This document shows, piece by piece, positions 19,858 to 29,425 of a DNA stretch of 64,000 nt. Positions within the stretch are counted from its first letter, which is position 1; the number at the start of each line of letters is the position of its first letter. The stretch is taken from assembly GCA_039815185.1 (NCBI GenBank), contig JBCBZT010000014.1, positions 78,436 to 142,435 on the forward strand, given 5' to 3'. The translations under genes and the position numbers were made by a program. The DNA is from Cyanobacteria bacterium P01_A01_bin.123 (GTDB lineage: Bacteria > Cyanobacteriota > Cyanobacteriia > Phormidesmidales > Phormidesmidaceae). Below the pieces are notes generated by a model. That model saw only the letters and a list, made by a program, of their open reading frames with translations. It was not told the DNA's origin and did not search any database.

Positions 19858-21042
19858 CTAATTCTCAAAGAAAAATTTTCGACAAATTTCTTCTAAGTTT
19901 GCATTAAATCGAGAAATCTCAAAGTGTTTGCAAACTTCTTGCCTCAGCCACTCAGGATTGTACAAGTTTTGGTTAGCATAGGTACCTTGGAGGATTTCGA
20001 TCAGCTTAGCTGCGATCGCAGCTTCGTCATCTGGATCGACTAAGCAGCCTAGCTTACCGTTGAGGAGGGGATCAACTGAACCATCTTGGTTCCCGGCTAG
20101 AACAAGTCTACCCGATGCTAAAGCTTCAAGGTAGACAATGCCAAACCCTTCTCCCTTGCTGGGCATGGCAAAAACATCACATAGACTGTAGTAGTCCGGT
20201 AATTCTTCGTCAGGCACAAACCCCGTTAAAGTAACGCAATCCTGCAAGTTAAGTTCGGCAATCATTGCTTCAATTCGGGGTCGATCGTCACCTTTTCCCA
20301 CTAGAACATAATGGACATCTGGAACCTGTTGGCGAATTTTGGGCAACATCCGCAAAATCTTGTCGTACCCCTTGTAGTGGGCGAATCCTTGTAGGCGAGT
20401 GACGGTTAAGATAATGGGTTGCTCTGGTTTTAGGTTATGACGATCAAGGAGATAGGTAGGTTTGGGTTGCAGCTTAAACCGAGCAGGATCAAACGTATTC
20501 GGCAATACACACATTTGATCGGGGTTGAGATACCCCTCGGCGAGCACGCGATCGCGCGTGTACTGACTAACCGCGATTACCCGATCTGCGCCCTGTAAGG
20601 CTTTCTGATAGGCGGTATTTTTGATATCCCATGCTTCTATGCCATGCAAAACCACCCAATAGGGAATACCTAAGCGTTGGTAGAGCTTATGGCAAAGGAC
20701 AACGTAGTAATTAATTTCGGTCGTGACAATGAGGGCTGGGCGATAGATTAAGGCATTTACTAAAATCGTGGCGGCTGATAAGAGGGTTCGAAACCGTCGC
20801 CGCCAGCCGTTAGTGTCGCAGACCCGCTCGCCAAACGCAAAGAAGCGAGTCTGCGGCAAAAAGGAGAAGTCACTGACAGCATCGGAAGTAGACCGCTCAT
20901 ACTTGAGAAACACGCTATAACGTGCATCTGGGTACACCTTCTGGATTCCTTGTAAAACCAAGGCAGAATAGACCTGCACGCCGCCTTTGAATCCAAAAAA
21001 ATTGGGCGCTAGGACGAAAAAGTGGTTGGGTGATGCTGTCAT
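19858..21042 (-). CDS. glycosyltransferase family 4
   Basis: GGVQVY, HGIEAW, YKGYD and FAMPSKGEGFGIVYLEALASG. Confidence 0.93.
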   Translation of the reverse strand: MTASPNHFFVLAPNFFGFKGGVQVYSALVLQGIQKVYPDARYSVFLKYERSTSDAVSDFSFLPQTRFFAFGERVCDTNGWRRRFRTLLSAATILVNALIYRPALIVTTEINYYVVLCHKLYQRLGIPYWVVLHGIEAWDIKNTAYQKALQGADRVIAVSQYTRDRVLAEGYLNPDQMCVLPNTFDPARFKLQPKPTYLLDRHNLKPEQPIILTVTRLQGFAHYKGYDKILRMLPKIRQQVPDVHYVLVGKGDDRPRIEAMIAELNLQDCVTLTGFVPDEELPDYYSLCDVFAMPSKGEGFGIVYLEALASGRLVLAGNQDGSVDPLLNGKLGCLVDPDDEAAIAAKLIEILQGTYANQNLYNPEWLRQEVCKHFEISRFNANLEEICRKFFFEN

Positions 21043-21052
21043 GACGCTAAAT

Positions 21053-22753
21053 CTATGACGATACGGCAGTGGGAGCGGTTCGCTGGATCAGGGACTGTCC
21101 ATCGAGATGCTGAGGGATGGGGGCATCCATCAATCCTAGAATAGTAGGTGCTAAATCAATAGCTTGTCCTTCTGGCAGATCCGAACCCGCTTCAATGCCA
21201 GGCCCCTTCGCCATCACGAATCCCCTAGAGGTATGCCCACCAGGACGATAGTAGGTGAGTGGGCCAATCCGGCCTAGATCAGGGCTGTCAATGACATCTG
21301 TTGGGTTGTTATGCCAAGACACGACTAAATCCGCATCGGGACGTTTTTCATCGCCATAATCTCCCGCTGGGCGGGTGCGAGCCACCGATTTAACGATTGG
21401 CTGGCCTGTTCTGGCATCAGTTAGTCGATATAGAATCTCGGTCAATTCATCACAAATTGACTCATATTCTGAAGGTTTGACAAACCCATCGCGATCGCGT
21501 CCTTCTAAGTTAATGCGAATAAAGCCCTCGGCAACGCCAGGTAAGACAAATGCCTTCATCTCAGGCCATAGACGTTGATACCACATGTTTGGCATCCAAG
21601 CTAAATCTTCACCCTGCTTTAGCATTTCATAGGGGGAATCCAGAGCTGGTTCAGGACCAGAATTGAGCACTTTGTCAAACTTGCTGGGTGTCCAGCGATG
21701 GAACAAGCGTTTGATTGGATTAACCCCGTACCGCTCTTGCCAAACTTCGCCCGGCCAGGTTTTGCGCTTTGGATTAGCAATTTGTGCTGGTGGGGTAGTA
21801 TCTAGTTTCCCTAGGGCTATACCAGCCTTACCTGGGAAATTGTATCGATAGAGCAACTCGGGCAAAAAGGCCATGTTGCAGAGGTCAGCCATGTTGTTGG
21901 TGATGCCATGAACCCCAAAAACCACTACGTAAGCATCCTGAGGTAAATCGGCAATAATCTCACCAACGGCTTGATCAACGGCTTGTACCGCCTTAATCAT
22001 GGGATTATTCGCTGAGTTGTTGGCGGAATCGGGATGCAGGGGATGATCTACCTCGCTAAAGTGGAGCAAATCATGGCCTGCGGAGTGGGTTTCTCCAAAG
22101 ACCGTGATGAATAAATCCCAAGGCTTCTGCTTCAGGAAATCGCGACAAATTTTTGAGCGGGTGGATGCACTGTCAGCAACCGCTTTTTGAATCCACTCTA
22201 AATAATTTGGATCCCACCAAACGCCAAAATCACGCTTGAACAAAGGATTGCGACCATACTTCTTATTGATGTCAGGCAACAAGCTAGTTGGGGTCGAACG
22301 GGGATCCATGTGGGAGCCACTATGACCGCCCCAAACGGCGATCTCAACACCATTGAAATCTTCGCTAACCCCAGACATTGGCACATCAAATAGGCCAATT
22401 TGGTAGTTTGGGTCGAAGTCATAAAAAGCTTTGAATTCTTTATAGTCGTACCCTAAGGATTGCCCCTCATCGGTTCTATCCTGGGTAACCTGATAGCTAT
22501 CTGCATGGTATTTAGCCGTGTCCCAGTAGCCAGTTTTGCTGGGTAAACAGCCCGTTGAAAAAATTACCCAGTTGCGCTCGGAGCATATACTATCAACGGG
22601 TTCACCGCACAAATCAAATTGAGTTCTGAGCCTTCCATAAGCTCCTTGCTGGCGAAGTGTCGCTAGATTCTTAAGATATCCTTGATCCATTAAGCGCTCT
22701 AACAAAACAGGATCAGCAGCATCTAGTCCAATTGCAATTACGGGCCTTTTCAC
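21053..22753 (-). CDS. alkaline phosphatase superfamily protein (nucleotide pyrophosphatase/phosphodiesterase type)
   Basis: IAIGLDAAD, ETHSAGH, IRINLEGRD, GGHTSRG and IDLAPTILGLM...LDGQSL. Confidence 0.85.
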   Translation of the reverse strand: MKRPVIAIGLDAADPVLLERLMDQGYLKNLATLRQQGAYGRLRTQFDLCGEPVDSICSERNWVIFSTGCLPSKTGYWDTAKYHADSYQVTQDRTDEGQSLGYDYKEFKAFYDFDPNYQIGLFDVPMSGVSEDFNGVEIAVWGGHSGSHMDPRSTPTSLLPDINKKYGRNPLFKRDFGVWWDPNYLEWIQKAVADSASTRSKICRDFLKQKPWDLFITVFGETHSAGHDLLHFSEVDHPLHPDSANNSANNPMIKAVQAVDQAVGEIIADLPQDAYVVVFGVHGITNNMADLCNMAFLPELLYRYNFPGKAGIALGKLDTTPPAQIANPKRKTWPGEVWQERYGVNPIKRLFHRWTPSKFDKVLNSGPEPALDSPYEMLKQGEDLAWMPNMWYQRLWPEMKAFVLPGVAEGFIRINLEGRDRDGFVKPSEYESICDELTEILYRLTDARTGQPIVKSVARTRPAGDYGDEKRPDADLVVSWHNNPTDVIDSPDLGRIGPLTYYRPGGHTSRGFVMAKGPGIEAGSDLPEGQAIDLAPTILGLMDAPIPQHLDGQSLIQRTAPTAVSS

Positions 22754-23008
22754 AATTATCTCCTTATCATTTACTCAAATTCAGTCAACGGGGTTTATTG
22801 AGACTTTTTGGAAAGGGGGAGGTGGCATCTTTCCCAACTCAACTTCACGCTCATGCTATAGTCTAGTAATTTTTAAGTTGGTTGAGCCACACTACTAATT
22901 AAATCTGCAGCAGTCTTCATACTTTCTGTGCTGCTACATTAATCTTACAAAAATCTCTTCAGAGGATTTTCACTACTTATAGACAGATGCTCAAGATTGA
23001 CCTCGACT

Positions 23009-24946
23009 TCAATCATGTTTAGCATCCATTGGTCGCGGTTTCGAGAGCTGGAAACCTTGGGCGTAGGCGATTCCCAAAGTTTTCACATGACTTAAAACGG
23101 CTGGGGTTTCAACGCCTTTTGCAATCATAGAAAGATCCACGCCACTGTGTTTTCTCATCATCTCCTGAAATGTTTTAAAACCATTGGAAATTTCATCTGT
23201 AGACTTCGCCAGGCAGATATTGAACTTGACGAAGCTAACAGGGTAATTCTTCAGCAAGTCGCTGCAATTTCGATGTACCCCAAAATTATCAATAATTAGT
23301 TGACAACCTAGTTCATTTAATCCATTGGCAAACTTTGTAACTTCTGGAAAGTACTCAACGGCGATCGATTCTGAAACTTCAAAACACAACTGATCTGCAC
23401 GAAGATTTGACTGGGTTAAACACTCAGCAACAAAATCTATAAATTGACGATCGCAAACACTAGCCCGAGACAGATTAAAGGAATGGATGTTGGGCAAATT
23501 TTGAGACTGAGATGGCTGAGTTGTTAAGGCATGAGTTTTAAGAAAGCGACGTAATACCCATCTATCTAAAGTGCGTGCTAGTCCATAATGCTCAATGACA
23601 GGCATAAATTCCCTTGGATTGCCAGGTGTGTCACCACCTAATCGCACAAATACTTCTTGCTGGGCCAGGGGATGCTCCAAATGCTCAATAGCGATAACGG
23701 GTTGTTGATAAAGTTGAAACTGATCTTGCTCAAATCCTGCGGTGATGCGCTTCAGCCAAAGGTCTTGATCAGGAATAGCTCGAATGCTTTGGTTCTGTAG
23801 AAAGTCTTGATAGGTTTTCTTCAACAGGAAGAAAGGGCTGACTACGGAACTGGTTAAGTGCTCTCGTTCACAGGCGATAACCCAATTATCCGTTGATGGG
23901 GTGCCGTGTCTAACCCAATGCAGCGCAAGCCTGCGCAAATCATTGGCGATGTAAGCTGGCACCAGCAGCGGACGTTTCCAATCGGTGATGCCTAACATAC
24001 GGATATAAAACCGACTCAGCCCAATACATCGAAGTAACGTTTTGAGATAATCAAGCTGTAATCGGCTATTGGGAATTAGATGCTCAACCACCATGTCTGG
24101 GTTGTACCAAACTTCCCAGCCTCCTTTTTGGATGTGAAGGGCTGCTTCCAAATCTTCGCTGGCTAATCCTGCCCCTTTGCCCTTGTTATCCAAAAACAGC
24201 TTTTCAGGCACTGACGCTAGCCAAGCCTTACGCCTAACTGCCAATCCGGCTCCAGGAGGCAAGATCTTAGTCTTAGGTTCGTATCGATGGGGTTGGCTAC
24301 CCCGCTCAACAATGGCTAAATAGGAGGCTATTTTTTGGAATCCTTCCGGGGGTGAGCCTTCAAACTTGCCGTGAATTTGACTACCAAAGGCACCCGCTTT
24401 GGGATAATGTTGACTGAACTCAAATGCATTTTTGACCCAGTCATGGGCGGGTAGGTTGTCATCATCTAAAAATGCGACCAATTCACCCTGAGCTAACTGA
24501 ATTGCATGCTGGCGGGCGTGAGCGGCACCCTGCTCAGCCGCGAAACCATACCTCAAAGTGCAACTTCTAATCCACTCCTGCTGATAAGCTTGCACAACAT
24601 CAGCAGTGGCATCAGTACTGTTGTTGTCACAGACAATCACTTCCCAGGAAATGTCATCAATGCCAGTTTGCGATCGCAGCCGATCTAAGACCAACGGTAG
24701 CCGTTTTGCACCGTTGTAGGTTGGGATGGCTACAGTAATATCCATAATCTGGCGTTGTTCCTTGGCCGCAGGTTCAGTTTGAGCGAACTGGGTAGCCGCG
24801 AAGGGACTATCTGTACTAGTTGATGCTGTATCAATTGATTCGGGTGCGATTTGGGAAACCATGGAAGGGGTGACCATCCTGCCTCTGTTAGCGGCAATGA
24901 ACGCCATGAAAGTCAAATCAGAAACCAAACTATTTGCATTTTTCAA
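23009..24946 (-). CDS. hpsE: HpsE-like GT2 glycosyltransferase fused to a degenerate C-terminal EAL domain
   Basis: VAIPTYNGAKRL, CDNNSTD, AFLDDDNLP, PPGAGL, ASEDLE and CIGLSR, followed by FQLYQQP, QEVFVR, FEVSE, IDNFG, AKGVE and AQGF. The start is uncertain (TTG at 24946, or a downstream ATG as far as 24745). Confidence 0.85.
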   Translation of the reverse strand: MKNANSLVSDLTFMAFIAANRGRMVTPSMVSQIAPESIDTASTSTDSPFAATQFAQTEPAAKEQRQIMDITVAIPTYNGAKRLPLVLDRLRSQTGIDDISWEVIVCDNNSTDATADVVQAYQQEWIRSCTLRYGFAAEQGAAHARQHAIQLAQGELVAFLDDDNLPAHDWVKNAFEFSQHYPKAGAFGSQIHGKFEGSPPEGFQKIASYLAIVERGSQPHRYEPKTKILPPGAGLAVRRKAWLASVPEKLFLDNKGKGAGLASEDLEAALHIQKGGWEVWYNPDMVVEHLIPNSRLQLDYLKTLLRCIGLSRFYIRMLGITDWKRPLLVPAYIANDLRRLALHWVRHGTPSTDNWVIACEREHLTSSVVSPFFLLKKTYQDFLQNQSIRAIPDQDLWLKRITAGFEQDQFQLYQQPVIAIEHLEHPLAQQEVFVRLGGDTPGNPREFMPVIEHYGLARTLDRWVLRRFLKTHALTTQPSQSQNLPNIHSFNLSRASVCDRQFIDFVAECLTQSNLRADQLCFEVSESIAVEYFPEVTKFANGLNELGCQLIIDNFGVHRNCSDLLKNYPVSFVKFNICLAKSTDEISNGFKTFQEMMRKHSGVDLSMIAKGVETPAVLSHVKTLGIAYAQGFQLSKPRPMDAKHD

Positions 24947-25400
24947 TGCTTTGGCTAGTCAAAACTGCATTAGGGGAAGTGAGTATTAGAGTTTAGCTGC
25001 AACGGGGCAGTTTAACTCCATATCACTGAAGGTTAGCCCATACGCCTAACCGATGTCGAACATTGGTGTGCGAGTGATTGTAACCGACCCCACAGTACAC
25101 CCCTACAATAAACCTGGTTGCAATTACAGACGCGACCCGGTTGAATTAATGTAGCCGACTGCAGCACTGCAAGGACTAAAGTCACTTGCGTAAATGAATC
25201 TCCTTACAATAGCAACACATTTTTCAATCCAGGCTCAACACAGCAAATGCAGCTTTACTCAGTCTTTATCGAAGATCAACAGCGGATCGAGAAAACTCCC
25301 ACATTGTAAGTATTTGATGAAGTTGGCCGTTTGGTATTTCCGTATTTCGACGCAGCTAACGGTTCTTGAAAATATAAATCTCATCTGATTTAAAGACTTC

Positions 25401-25428
25401 TTAGGGGCGCAAGGCCTTGCACCCCTAA
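25401..25428. repeat. REP-like palindrome
   Basis: TTAGGGGCGCAAGG-CCTTGCACCCCTAA. The core GGGGCGCAAGGCCTT recurs within 54103-54131. Confidence 0.65.
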
Positions 25429-25879
25429 AAGAGGGAAATGACAGGCTGGATGCGGCTAGGGGTTAGCGAAGAACGAGGGCGAGAGTTAACTATTTCTTGG
25501 CTAAACTGCTGAAACAATGATGTTGTCATCGTTGACAACACATCGTTATTTTTATACTGGAAATGTTTAGATCTATGTTCTAGATCTTATGTCTCTTAGA
25601 AAGACTGTTTTGCCTGGCTGACGTAAACTTATCGATGTCTATCCCAAAGACGTAATATCAATCCCTGCCTCTCAAGCAATTGATATCCCAAAATCGGAGC
25701 TTAACCCAACTTTAACACTTCACTAAAAAGGTGTCTGAGATAACTTTTTAAAATACGCAGGTTCTTGGAGTTTTTGATCTGGAGGTTATTCGCAGTTAAT
25801 CATTCGGATTAAACCTATCATGTCCTCTAAGGGGTGTCTCGCGGTTGATGGTTGTGTGTCTGTAGTCAGGTTGCTGTAA

Positions 25880-27337
25880 ATGGATAAGTTGAATCTCGAC
25901 TCTTCTTTAGAGTCTCTGAAACTCTACAACTTTCAAGTTGAAATTGACAATTTAGGGATACTGGCATATCAAGCTTTTGAGCAAAACTCTTTGTTGCCTG
26001 GGGTGATTTTGACCCGAGCGGGACAGTTCTCAGGGGCAATTTCTCGTCGTCGCTTTTTGGAGATCGTGAGTCGGGCCTATGGTCGTGAATTGTTCTTGCA
26101 GCGATCGCTAGAAGTCTTATACGACTTTATTACGGTTGACCCCTTAGTTTTGCCCATATCGACACCGATTATCCAAGCGGCTCAAGGGGCACTTCAGCGT
26201 CCGTCAGCATTGCTCAATGAGCCTGTAGTCGTTCAAATGACTGGGGCAATCTATCGGTTAGTTGATGCCCATGAATTGTTGACAGCCTATGCAGAAATTT
26301 ATCAATTGACGGCCCAACTTTTGCAAGAAAAGACTCGAGCTGAGTTGATCAAAACTGAGCGATTGGCTGGATTGGGCAAGTTGATGGCGGGGGTCGCCCA
26401 TGAAATTCGTAACCCGGTCAATTTTATTGGGGGTAATCTTAAGCATTTAGCGGAGTACACCGATAACTTAATTGGGTTAATTCGCCTGTATGAATCTAAC
26501 CAATCGGGGGATTTAGGCCGGGTTGAAGCCCTCAAGCAGGAAATTGACTTGGAATTTGTGCTGACGGATTTACCCCAGCTTTTGCAGAGCATCGAAATGG
26601 GGACGGATCGATTGGGCAATCTGGTCAATGGCGTTAGAGCATTTTCGCGCATGGATGAGCAAGAACTACGCCCGGTCGATTTGCATCAGAGTTTAGAGAG
26701 TACGCTGTTGATTCTGAATAATCGCCTGAAACAGGGAGTTAACGTTGAGAAGCGCTATGGTGATTTGCCAATGATTGCAGGCTATTCGGGGCAAATGGGG
26801 CAGGTATTTATGAATTTAATTGGCAATGCTGTGGATGCATTGCTGGCCCATGATACTGATTTGACTCAAGCCTCAGGGCTAGCTAACCCCTATCCAGAAG
26901 GAATTTCGTTAATCTCAACTCCCCTATGGCAACCTTGTATTGATATCGAAACTCAGGTTTTGGAAACCATTCCACGCAATCTCCTTGAAACTCATCAGCA
27001 GTGGAAGGAAGACCCAGCGAAGACCTGGATATCGATCAAAATCCGCGACAACGGGCCGGGAATTCCCTTAGAGGTTCAATCCCGGGTATTTGAAGATTTT
27101 TTTACGACCAAGCCTGTTGGTCAGGGAACTGGGTTGGGTCTTTCGATCAGTAAGGACATTGTGGAAAATAGGCATGGTGGTTTTTTGATGCTGCGATCGC
27201 CGTGCTTTCCACCTGCTGGCGAGTCTGAGGGCAGTGGAACTGAATTTGAGATTTTGCTGCCTGTGGTTGGGTTGGCTGACGAAGACAATGAAGACAATTA
27301 CGATGATGTTTGTGTTGGCGATGCCATATCCCACTAG
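25880..27337 (+). CDS. cytoplasmic sensor histidine kinase with N-terminal CBS-like region
   Basis: H box AGVAHEIRNP, N box QVFMNLIGNA, DNGPGI, and FFTTKPVGQGTGLGL. Confidence 0.92.
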   Translation: MDKLNLDSSLESLKLYNFQVEIDNLGILAYQAFEQNSLLPGVILTRAGQFSGAISRRRFLEIVSRAYGRELFLQRSLEVLYDFITVDPLVLPISTPIIQAAQGALQRPSALLNEPVVVQMTGAIYRLVDAHELLTAYAEIYQLTAQLLQEKTRAELIKTERLAGLGKLMAGVAHEIRNPVNFIGGNLKHLAEYTDNLIGLIRLYESNQSGDLGRVEALKQEIDLEFVLTDLPQLLQSIEMGTDRLGNLVNGVRAFSRMDEQELRPVDLHQSLESTLLILNNRLKQGVNVEKRYGDLPMIAGYSGQMGQVFMNLIGNAVDALLAHDTDLTQASGLANPYPEGISLISTPLWQPCIDIETQVLETIPRNLLETHQQWKEDPAKTWISIKIRDNGPGIPLEVQSRVFEDFFTTKPVGQGTGLGLSISKDIVENRHGGFLMLRSPCFPPAGESEGSGTEFEILLPVVGLADEDNEDNYDDVCVGDAISH

Positions 27338-27436
27338 CTCATTGGCATCCGTGTCATCAACCTTTGCGTCGTGGGGTTATCCCTTACGGGAACCCGGTAC
27401 AGTAATAGTGCAGCGCTTTCTTGTTTGTCTGAGCCC

Positions 27437-28054
27437 ATGCCGCCCTTGTCCCAGCATGCTATTGTGCACCAAAGCTTTGCGGTAATTGATCGTGAAATCG
27501 GGGCGCATGAGTTGACGCCAAAGGCTTATGCGGTGGTGCGGCGGGTGATTCATTCGACTGCGGATTTTGAGTTTAAGCACCTCATCCGGTTTAGCCCAGG
27601 CGCGATCGCAGCCGGTATGAATGCCCTACAGCAACAGGTGCCCATCATTACCGATGTGACCATGGTGCAGCAGGGGATTCAAGGCATGGTGGAGCGGACC
27701 TTTCAGAATCCGCTGATTGCCGCGATCGCCCAAGAGATTGAGCCCCAACCGGGGAAAACCCGCACGGAGCTAGGGATGCTTAAAAGTTTGGCCCAGTATC
27801 CCCAGGCAATTGTGGTGATCGGCAACGCACCAACAGCTCTGCTGGCGCTTTGTGATGCGATCGCGGCAGGGCAAGCCCATCCATCGCTGGTGATTGGGGC
27901 TCCGGTGGGATTTATTGCGGTCGAAGACGCTAAGTGGGCGCTGGCTCAGACGACGGTGCCCCAAATTCGAGTTGATGGGCGCAAGGGGGGATCAGGAGTG
28001 GCAGCGGCAATGCTGAATGCCCTCATTGTGCTGGCTTGGGAAGCGTTACCGTGA
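27437..28054 (+). CDS. cobH: precorrin-8X methylmutase (CobH/CbiC)
   Basis: SFAVIDREI, RRVIHSTADF, IGNAPTALL, GAPVGFI and GRKGGS. The ATG at 27437 is the preferred start. Confidence 0.93.
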   Translation: MPPLSQHAIVHQSFAVIDREIGAHELTPKAYAVVRRVIHSTADFEFKHLIRFSPGAIAAGMNALQQQVPIITDVTMVQQGIQGMVERTFQNPLIAAIAQEIEPQPGKTRTELGMLKSLAQYPQAIVVIGNAPTALLALCDAIAAGQAHPSLVIGAPVGFIAVEDAKWALAQTTVPQIRVDGRKGGSGVAAAMLNALIVLAWEALP

Positions 28055-29358
28055 CGAGTCCAGATACTGCTGGGGCAGAGATTCAAGAACAGCCTCTAAT
28101 TCAAGTGGTTGGTATTGGCCTAGACGGGGCGGCAGGCTTAGCTCCGGCTCGGATAGCGCAAATTCAACAGGCGCAGGTGTTGATCGGCAGCGATCGCCAT
28201 TTGGCCTATTTCCCTAATTATCCGGGTCAAATCTGGTCTTTGGGTGTCTTTCAAGCCACTATTAGCAAACTCCGACAACATTTGGAACACTACCCCCAGC
28301 ACCGCGTAGTAATCCTGACCTCAGGAGACCCGCTGTTTTTTGGGCTAGGTCGGTTGCTACTGGCAGAGTTACCCCAGGACTGGCTGCACTTTTATCCCCA
28401 TCCCAGTTCGATACAGCTGGCCTTTAGTCGGCTAAAGTTACCTTGGCAAGATGCCCGATTGCTCAGCGCCCATGGCCGTTCTCTGGATACGCTGACTGAA
28501 GCCCTACAACAAGGGGCAGACAAAATCGCGGTGTTGACAGATTCGACCCATTCGCCTGCGGCTATTGCCCGATTGCTTGATTCATTGCAGTTATCTGTCA
28601 TCTACCAACTTTGGGTCTGTGAAAACTTAGGAGATGCAACAGAGCAAATTCGTCAGTTTTCCCCAAATACCCTACCCGACGCAGACTTTGCGTCATTGAA
28701 TGTTGTAGTGCTAGTGCGCCAGGAGGGGGAAATGCGTCCCTTAGAGTCGGGCAGCCTACCACCATTCGGTCTCAGTGATGACTGTTTCCTCAGCTTTCCC
28801 GATCGCCCTGGACTGATGACCAAGCGGGAAGTCCGGATTTTAGCCCTAGCTGAACTAGCTTTACTGCCGGGACAAATCGTGTGGGATGTGGGTGCAGGTA
28901 CGGGATCCGTGAGTCTCGAACTGGCACGGCTGCAGCCCACTGCTACCCTTTACGCTATCGAAAAAACAGCCATGGGCGCTAGCTTAATTCAGCAAAACTG
29001 CGATCGCTTTGGTATTCCCACTATTCAAATTATTCAAGGCAAAGCCCCCGCCGCCCTAGCCCCCCTACCTTATCCCGATCGCGTCTTCATTGGCGGCAGT
29101 AGCGGCACCATGACTGAGTTGCTAACCCTTTGCTGCGATCGCTTGCGTCCCAGTGGGCGGATTGTCGCCGCGATCGCCACCCTCGAAACCCTCGCAGAAG
29201 TGACCCAATGGCTACGGGGGCTATCTGAGCAGGCCTGGACTTACCGCCTACTTCAAGTGCAGCTCAGTCGCTCAGTTGCCGTCGGCCCCTTAACCCGGTT
29301 TTCGCCCTTAAACCCGGTAACGTTAGTGACACTGTGCCGACAATCAGGAAGTGGATAG
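28036..29358 (+). CDS. cobL: precorrin-6Y C5,15-methyltransferase (decarboxylating), CbiE-CbiT fusion
   Basis: VVGIG, SGDPLFFGLG, SAHGR, MTKREVR, WDVGAGTGSV and PDRVFIGG. Confidence 0.93.
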   Translation: MGSVTVTSPDTAGAEIQEQPLIQVVGIGLDGAAGLAPARIAQIQQAQVLIGSDRHLAYFPNYPGQIWSLGVFQATISKLRQHLEHYPQHRVVILTSGDPLFFGLGRLLLAELPQDWLHFYPHPSSIQLAFSRLKLPWQDARLLSAHGRSLDTLTEALQQGADKIAVLTDSTHSPAAIARLLDSLQLSVIYQLWVCENLGDATEQIRQFSPNTLPDADFASLNVVVLVRQEGEMRPLESGSLPPFGLSDDCFLSFPDRPGLMTKREVRILALAELALLPGQIVWDVGAGTGSVSLELARLQPTATLYAIEKTAMGASLIQQNCDRFGIPTIQIIQGKAPAALAPLPYPDRVFIGGSSGTMTELLTLCCDRLRPSGRIVAAIATLETLAEVTQWLRGLSEQAWTYRLLQVQLSRSVAVGPLTRFSPLNPVTLVTLCRQSGSG

Positions 29359-29383
29359 GGCGTGCTAAGTGTTAGGCACTCAG

Positions 29384-29418
29384 CAAAATCCAAAATCCAA
29401 AATCTAAAGTCTAAAGTC
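29384..29418. repeat. STRR-type heptamer tandem repeat
   Basis: (CAAAATC)3(TAAAGTC)2 between convergent genes. Confidence 0.8.
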
Positions 29419-29425
29419 CCCACCC

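Noticed and set aside
29384..29418. Short repeats here and at 34048, 37818 and 48033 as CRISPR arrays
   Set aside because: These are tandem or two-copy repeats with no unique spacers, and there are no cas genes in the window.
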